Source of the DNA: Nostoc punctiforme PCC 73102 | GTDB taxonomy: Bacteria; Cyanobacteriota; Cyanobacteriia; Cyanobacteriales; Nostocaceae | Direction: 5' to 3' | Length of the DNA stretch: 32,000 bases | Assembly: GCF_000020025.1 (NCBI RefSeq) | Contig: NC_010628.1 | Location: forward strand, 8,040,001-8,072,000 | In this document: one piece after another, positions 27,701 through 32,000 of the stretch | Layout of the letters: every line of letters starts with the position of its first letter | Position numbering within the stretch: position 1 is the first letter of the stretch | The notes under the pieces: model-generated | Told to the model about the DNA's origin: nothing | Database searches by the model: none | What the model saw: the letters and a program-made list of their open reading frames with translations, nothing else | Program-made: the position numbers and the translations under genes

Positions 27701-28168
27701 GATCGCTTCTGGCAGTTCTGTCAATTGGTTGTTAGAGAGGTCAAGCCGTTGCAACCGAGTCAGGGATGCGATCGCTTCTGGCAGTTCTGTCAATTGGTTG
27801 TTGCGGAGGTTAAGCTCTTGCAACTGAGCCAAGGATGCGATCGCTTCTGGCAGTTCTGTCAATTGGTTGTTAGAGAGGTCAAGCCGTTGCAACCGAGCCA
27901 AGGATGCGATCGCTTCTGGCAGTTGGGTCAGTTTATTATTGGAGAGGTCAAGCGTTTGCAACTGGGTCAAGGATGCGATCGCCTCTGGCAGTTGGGTCAC
28001 TTGGTTTCTGGAGAGGTCAAGCTGTTGCAACTGTGTCAGAGATGCGATCGCTTCTGGTATCTCAGTGAGTTCTATCTTGCTGAGATCGAGTTCTATTGCT
28101 CCCTCTTGCCGTGCTTTTTCAATGCGCTGCTCTGCTTTTTGATAAGCTTTATCTCTTGCCATGAGCAA
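24788..28168 (-). CDS. ROCO protein: LRR plus Roc GTPase plus COR, then a Cys cluster and an uncharacterised C-terminal region of ~300 aa
   Basis: About 13 LRRs (LxxLxLxxNxLxxLPxxI). Roc motifs are G1 [11 protein letters not shown]3 WDFGGQ and a VVATHGG G4-like motif. A COR-like region follows ([10 protein letters not shown]..., [10 protein letters not shown]...). Next comes PCIETCG-x28-CPISGCGEW, then a tail with no recognisable motif. Confidence 0.9.
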   Translation of the reverse strand: MLMARDKAYQKAEQRIEKARQEGAIELDLSKIELTEIPEAIASLTQLQQLDLSRNQVTQLPEAIASLTQLQTLDLSNNKLTQLPEAIASLARLQRLDLSNNQLTELPEAIASLAQLQELNLRNNQLTELPEAIASLTRLQRLDLSNNQLTELPEAIASLTQLQSFDLSHNELTELPNSLSRLLYLEIFDCGSNLLRQVPSVIKELKGLKELYIYANDLEVIPSWICDLHVLEILSIGGNQISELPKSLDKLQSLEFIILGADDGGNPLSKLPPCIQRIKQIRRIWANNCELHFLPDWLNEFPQLEELYLGSNCLTDLPASLGQLPHLDDIQLDHNPLNPDLAAAYEQGTEAVLQYLRARSEAQVTLNEAKLILIGEGEVGKSCLLGALRGDEWEDGRPTTHGIEIKSVIVTDPDSGTEISLNGWDFGGQRVYRPTHQLFFSAPAVYLVIWKPREGPQQGFVKEWITLIKNREPDAKVLVVATHGGPGQRQPDIDRQEILDQFGKDTVIDFFHVDSKPNQDTTDCAGLAELKDTIARVAASLPEMGRSVPAKWQQVRETLQTSDKAYLPYDDVITICAEQGIDEEQAELFLRISHILGHFIHYHYDPTLRDIVILKPDWLAKAISFVLDDETTRKRNGLVEFKHLSQLWSHPPFAGEEGYPPKLHPIFLRLMERFDLSYKVVFDPSETSNTSLIAQLVPDTRPEPLPNWGEQPEAGDRQQVQICRIVDSRGQFAVAEGLFYQLIVRLHKYSLGRANYENSIHWQRGLMLDNDYNGRALLEYVGTDVKITVRAAYPERFLSYLTEEIKWLVENFWEGLRCNVMVPCIETCGMNAPGNGLFEVQKLIESKKKNRHEFPCPISGCGEWQNIDQLLNNAPTAQPPSQEIGIEQFRYIVKDELNVIRKDLVMYDRLDQARFQVLSQEQRTILSQVDQQFAELMQMLTDEAKDGPRLFSFKPIEPGFFDRPKWISAKFQLTLWCEHARQPLPALNPNDKKKGVYELDLPREWFTKAVPYLRILTGTLSLVLPVAGSATKFILDDTTYKAIEEQLDLGQKSIESTLKGSDMALAGKSKSDASFLEGDAIRAQGSILRELHTLLKEKDPSFGGLVRVQNKRREFLWVHPQFIDEY
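27616..28090. repeat. Near-identical 69-bp tandem units encoding the N-terminal LRRs, each carrying one in-phase HIP1 site
   Basis: GCGATCGC occurs at 27699, 27768, 27837, 27906, 27975 and 28044, exactly 69 bp apart. It encodes the A-I-A of the repeated PEAIASL. Confidence 0.95.
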
Positions 28169-28287
28169 ATCCTTTCTTTCACTACCAAAATCGGAGTAAT
28201 AGCCAGACTCTTATTCTAATGTCAAAAGTAGATTCAGCTTGGTACAGAATTTAATTAATTTATAGCGAATTAAATTTGGCTATACCC

Positions 28288-28451
28288 TGCATTGTTAGTG
28301 TATAGGTCTGCATTGTTAATGCGTCGGCTTGCATTGTTAGTGTATAGGTCTGCATTGTTAATGCGTCGGCTTGCATTGTTAGTGTATCGGTCTGCATTGT
28401 TAATGCGTCGGCTTGCATTATTAATGCATCGGTCTGCATTGTTAATGCGTT
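28288..28451. repeat. 21-bp tandem array with a 42-bp higher-order (A-B) structure, about 8 units
   Basis: Units start at 28288, 28309, 28330, 28351, 28372, 28393, 28414 and 28435. Unit A is tgcattgttagtgtataggtc and unit B is tgcattgttaatgcgtcggct. Unit B contains the small palindrome gcatt-N3-aatgc. Confidence 0.95.
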
Positions 28452-28544
28452 ATTTTGTATTAAAAACGCTATGCCTTTACGCAAAACTGTACCTATTTAT
28501 TTTAATTTGGTTAAAAATTTAACTACGTCAAATAATGCTGAGAA

Positions 28545-31358
28545 TTAGATAGCTTGCTGATTTAGCGGAATTACAATTACAAATTCTGTCCCCTTTCCAG
28601 GAGCGGAAATGCATTCTAATTTTCCCTGATGTTTTTGAGTAATAATCTGATAACTAATAGATAAACCTAATCCCGTACCTTTCCCAACTGGTTTAGTAGT
28701 AAAGAATGGTTCAAACAACTGTTTTTGTACTTTTTCTGGAATGCCTGTACCATTATCAGCAATGCAAATAACTACCTGATTATCGCTAGTGAGTTTAGTA
28801 TGAATGCGTATCTGGGGAGTAGAAAGCGCTTTTTCTACTACTTCCCACTCACTATTCTCCACTGCTTCTTCTAAAGCATCGATCGCATTTGCTAGAAGAT
28901 TCATAAATACCTGATTCAGTTGTCCGGCATAACATTCTACTAATGGCAGATCGCCGTACTCTTTGATAATATCAATTGTTAGAGAGTTAGATTTAGCCTT
29001 GAGTCGATGTTCTAGAATGAGCAATGTATTATCTATACCCTCATGGATATTTACAGCTTTCATCTCTGTTTCATCTAACCGAGAAAAGTTTCGCAGAGAT
29101 AGGACAATTTCTGTGATTCTTTCGGCACCGACGGTCATAGAAGTTAACAATTTGGGCAAGTCTGCTATTACGAAATCTAGGTCAATGGCTTCTGTTTCTT
29201 TTTTAATTTCTGTTACTGGATTAGGATAGTTTTGCTGATATAATTGCAGTATCTTCAGTAAATCTTCAATATATTGATTGGCATGGGTGATATTGCCATA
29301 GATAAAGTTGACTGGATTGTTGATTTCGTGCGCTACTCCTGCTACTAACTGCCCCAAACTGGACATTTTTTCGCTATGTATGAGTTGAGATGCTAAATGC
29401 TTTGCCTCTTGGCGTAATTGTGCTTCTGAGTATCGCAATATCTGCTCTGCTTGTTTGCGCTGGGTAATGTCGTGGAGAATGACGACATACTCCTGAAAAT
29501 CCTGATGGGGCCTGTCTGAGATCGAAACTTCTAGGATTTTGTTTTTGCCATTGCGGAGTAAGGTTTGTTCGCTGCGCTTTGCCCACTCGTCTGGATAGTA
29601 GACTAATGCAGTTAGCCATTTATTGAGGTGATTTCCCCGCAATTCAGATGGGTTGACACCAAAGAAAGATTCAGTGGCTGGATTCGCTTGCTGGATAATA
29701 CCTCGATCGTCCACAACTAAAATACCATCTTGGGCAACAGTAAATAGGTGTTCGGCAGCTTCACGGGCTTCTGCGATCGCCACCACTTGCGGTAAACTTG
29801 TCCAACAAGCGATCGCTACTCCCACAAATGCCACCGTCATCAGCAGCACCACAAATATATTCTCCCCCGCCTCACTTGCCGTTTTATTAAGTTTGACACC
29901 AAATAACCAGCCAACTGCCACTGCGCTGCACAGTAAAAAAATCAGGATGCTCACCTGAAGAACTACTGAGTCTTTGATCATCACCACAGGGCGCGATTTA
30001 TATCGCTGCATCCACCAACTGGGATGAAATGGAGGGAATTTCACCCGGCGAATCACTGCATCTATTCCCATAACCCCAATGGGAAATAATAGCCCAATTA
30101 GCAAGTTGAGCCAACCCCAGGCAAGTCCGCCCACCACTAACACCACAACTTCTAACAGCAGAATCGCCAAAGATATGCGAGGGAACAAAACTTCCGAGCG
30201 ATCGCGCCGCAGCCAAAGCCCCAAATGCAATAACATAAAGGAGACAAACCAGCCAACATTACCAACGGCTACGATTCGCGCGACATCTCCCCAAATCAAA
30301 TAAATTAGGCACAACACCAGTGTTAATGTCAGTGCCGGCACAAACACACCCCGACGTGAAACAACGGAAAATACAGGTGAGATGTGTTTGTCTAAAGCCA
30401 ACTGATACAAAATCCGAGGACAATTAGAAACAACCGTTGCCGAACCTAAAAGACAAGCAGCTACTAGCAAAAAGGAAACACTTATAGCTGCTGATTTTCC
30501 CCAGAAAGGTTGGGAAGCCGCCACAAGATTCATAAAAGCATTGTCTTTGAGGCTGGGATCGGTTGCTAACCGCATCATTACCCAAGATCCCCCCAAAAAG
30601 ATAGGTGGCATCATCCAAGCCGCAACATCTAGAAAACGTAGCGTCTGAGTGGGTTGGCGGCTATCGGCGACAAAAGAAGAAGCCGTTTCACAACTGTAGG
30701 TGGCATAAGTGACGAAAAAGAACCACTTTGCCCAATCGACAAAACCCAGAGATGACCAATTGCTAGGAAAAAACCCTGGACTATCACCAGAGAAAGCTAA
30801 CCAGCCAAGACCCTGTACACAGAAGGTAATTAGCAATCCAAAGGCTGGAATTACAAAAAATAAATGTAAAATACTGAGGGCGCGAGTTCCACTAAACGCG
30901 ACTATAAACGGCAACAGTGTAAAGCCAATATCTAAAAGTATTTCTGGACAGGCAATACCCAGCGCCTCCAAATTCACCTTAATTAAATCTTTGAGGACGA
31001 TAGTATTAACTGACAGGTAAGAAACCCAGTTGAGCAAGTATCCAATTGCTGCATAGCAAGCTATTCCTGGATAGTTTTGCAGCAACTTAGTAGCATAGTT
31101 AGGCGTTCCTCCAGCCACATTTATAAAATGCATACCCAAGCGTTTTACCTGGTAGTTGAGCAGCATTCCGAAAATCACCGCAGGTATCCAGACAAAAATA
31201 GCTTGGGGACCGAGAGCAGCATGAATTGCTGGAACCAATGCTGTCCAGGAAATATGAGCTGTTAAACCGAAACCCCAACTTTCAACAGCACTTAAGCTTC
31301 TAGTCAAGCCAGGGTAAGAAGATTGGCCCAAAGTGGGATGAGCAGGATGGGACATCAT
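28545..31358 (-). CDS. Sensor histidine kinase with an N-terminal ~14-TM permease-like (APC-type, tentative) domain, a PAS domain and HisKA-HATPase
   Basis: About 520 aa of polytopic membrane domain. The PAS domain reads FTVAQDGILVVDDRGIIQQANPA. The H-box is VAGVAHEINNPVNF, the N-box NLLANAIDA, G1 DNGTGI and G2 GKGTGLGLS. There is no receiver domain. Confidence 0.9.
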   Translation of the reverse strand: MMSHPAHPTLGQSSYPGLTRSLSAVESWGFGLTAHISWTALVPAIHAALGPQAIFVWIPAVIFGMLLNYQVKRLGMHFINVAGGTPNYATKLLQNYPGIACYAAIGYLLNWVSYLSVNTIVLKDLIKVNLEALGIACPEILLDIGFTLLPFIVAFSGTRALSILHLFFVIPAFGLLITFCVQGLGWLAFSGDSPGFFPSNWSSLGFVDWAKWFFFVTYATYSCETASSFVADSRQPTQTLRFLDVAAWMMPPIFLGGSWVMMRLATDPSLKDNAFMNLVAASQPFWGKSAAISVSFLLVAACLLGSATVVSNCPRILYQLALDKHISPVFSVVSRRGVFVPALTLTLVLCLIYLIWGDVARIVAVGNVGWFVSFMLLHLGLWLRRDRSEVLFPRISLAILLLEVVVLVVGGLAWGWLNLLIGLLFPIGVMGIDAVIRRVKFPPFHPSWWMQRYKSRPVVMIKDSVVLQVSILIFLLCSAVAVGWLFGVKLNKTASEAGENIFVVLLMTVAFVGVAIACWTSLPQVVAIAEAREAAEHLFTVAQDGILVVDDRGIIQQANPATESFFGVNPSELRGNHLNKWLTALVYYPDEWAKRSEQTLLRNGKNKILEVSISDRPHQDFQEYVVILHDITQRKQAEQILRYSEAQLRQEAKHLASQLIHSEKMSSLGQLVAGVAHEINNPVNFIYGNITHANQYIEDLLKILQLYQQNYPNPVTEIKKETEAIDLDFVIADLPKLLTSMTVGAERITEIVLSLRNFSRLDETEMKAVNIHEGIDNTLLILEHRLKAKSNSLTIDIIKEYGDLPLVECYAGQLNQVFMNLLANAIDALEEAVENSEWEVVEKALSTPQIRIHTKLTSDNQVVICIADNGTGIPEKVQKQLFEPFFTTKPVGKGTGLGLSISYQIITQKHQGKLECISAPGKGTEFVIVIPLNQQAI

Positions 31359-31524
31359 TGGCAGTGCTGGGTGGGATACTGTAATTAAACTTATTAGCTA
31401 GAGTTCCCATCTTCTAAATGTTCTGAACAGAGACTTTTTGCTCGAAATCATAACATATTCACAACACCAGCATTTCTTTACACCATAATTTGGTCTTCCA
31501 GGTGTAGCTGATAGTAGCCTGTCT

Positions 31525-32000
31525 TTACTCCCACTCCATGCTTTCAGGAAGCTTCTTATTGAGAAAACGATCCATGCACCGCTCCGCTAAAGCCGCGATG
31601 GTTAGCGATGGGTTAGTGCAGGCAGTCGAACCAGGAATCAAAGAACCATCTACAACAAACAAATTAGAATAGCCGTGGACTTTGCCGTAAGTATTGCATA
31701 CAGCACCCATAGTTGCACCACCAAGAGGATGCGCTGTCGCACTAAAGTCAAGGGGTGCGCCAAAAGTTGTACCATTTGCTTGATTTAGCCGTTGGTAAGT
31801 ATACTGATTAGCCTGGGTAATTTTCTGATTATTGGCTGAGTCTTTTGGCCAAAACAGATTAGCTGATTGCGTAGAAGTATTGTAGGTCAGATAGCCCTCT
31901 GGCTTGGCGATCGCTAGACTCAGAGGAGCTAAAACACCTTGTGGAACTATCGGAAAAGGAAGTTGCTCAATGACTAATGGAGCGATGGGATTGTCGAAGT
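31525..32000 (-). CDS. GMC-family (cholesterol-oxidase-like) oxidoreductase, C-terminal part; the N-terminus lies beyond the window end
   Basis: I hand-checked that the frame stays open from 31710 to 32000. The C-terminal signature reads [50 protein letters not shown]. Confidence 0.85.
   Translation of the reverse strand, partial: [157 protein letters not shown]

Noticed and set aside
25528-28219. Numerous plus-strand ORFs antisense to the ROCO gene (e.g. 25528..25755, 26633..26911, 27725..28219)
   Set aside because: They lie on the strand opposite a well-supported 1126-aa gene. The 27725..28219 ORF is simply the reverse reading of the 69-bp LRR repeats.
28260-28522. ORFs 28260..28484 (-) and 28292..28522 (+) with ALTMQTD / LLMRRLA repeats
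   Set aside because: They are open frames generated by the 21/42-bp tandem array, with no translation signals.
1-32000. Search by eye for tRNA/rRNA genes, transposase/integrase/reverse-transcriptase ORFs, toxin-antitoxin pairs and prophage genes
   Set aside because: None were recognised. The only mobile DNA seen is non-autonomous (MITE-like). This was not a covariance-model search, so small ncRNAs could have been missed.

Overview
This is chromosomal DNA from a filamentous heterocyst-type cyanobacterium. GCGATCGC (HIP1) palindromes occur throughout, and Nostoc-style short dispersed repeats and MITEs fill the intergenic regions. From memory, the 693-aa ORF at 9965..12046 matches the crystallised Nostoc punctiforme bacterial dynamin-like protein (BDLP); a BLAST search would confirm this.

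Gene content is a mix of housekeeping and accessory functions:
- two Rieske oxygenases, one of them cut by the window start;
- a CopM-like DUF305 lipoprotein;
- cysteine synthase, a thioredoxin-like 2Fe-2S ferredoxin and YgfZ;
- a MocR regulator;
- a split hydantoinase/oxoprolinase pair with a GNAT gene inverted between the halves;
- a GMC oxidoreductase, cut by the window end.

The unusual part is a set of large NTPase and signalling proteins:
- an HTH-NB-ARC STAND ATPase with no sensor repeats;
- a three-gene dynamin module: a coiled-coil/TM protein, BDLP, and a second dynamin-like GTPase fused to a DnaJ J-domain;
- a 1126-aa LRR-Roc-COR (ROCO) GTPase with an uncharacterised C-terminal extension of about 300 aa;
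- a 14-TM permease-like domain fused to PAS and histidine kinase domains.

A 1.6-kb non-coding, repeat-rich tract lies next to a small gene for a double-glycine-leader peptide whose core is about 16 tandem GYGHG units. Two unrelated 21-bp tandem arrays sit in intergenic DNA. I found no rRNA, tRNA, CRISPR array, transposase or integrase.
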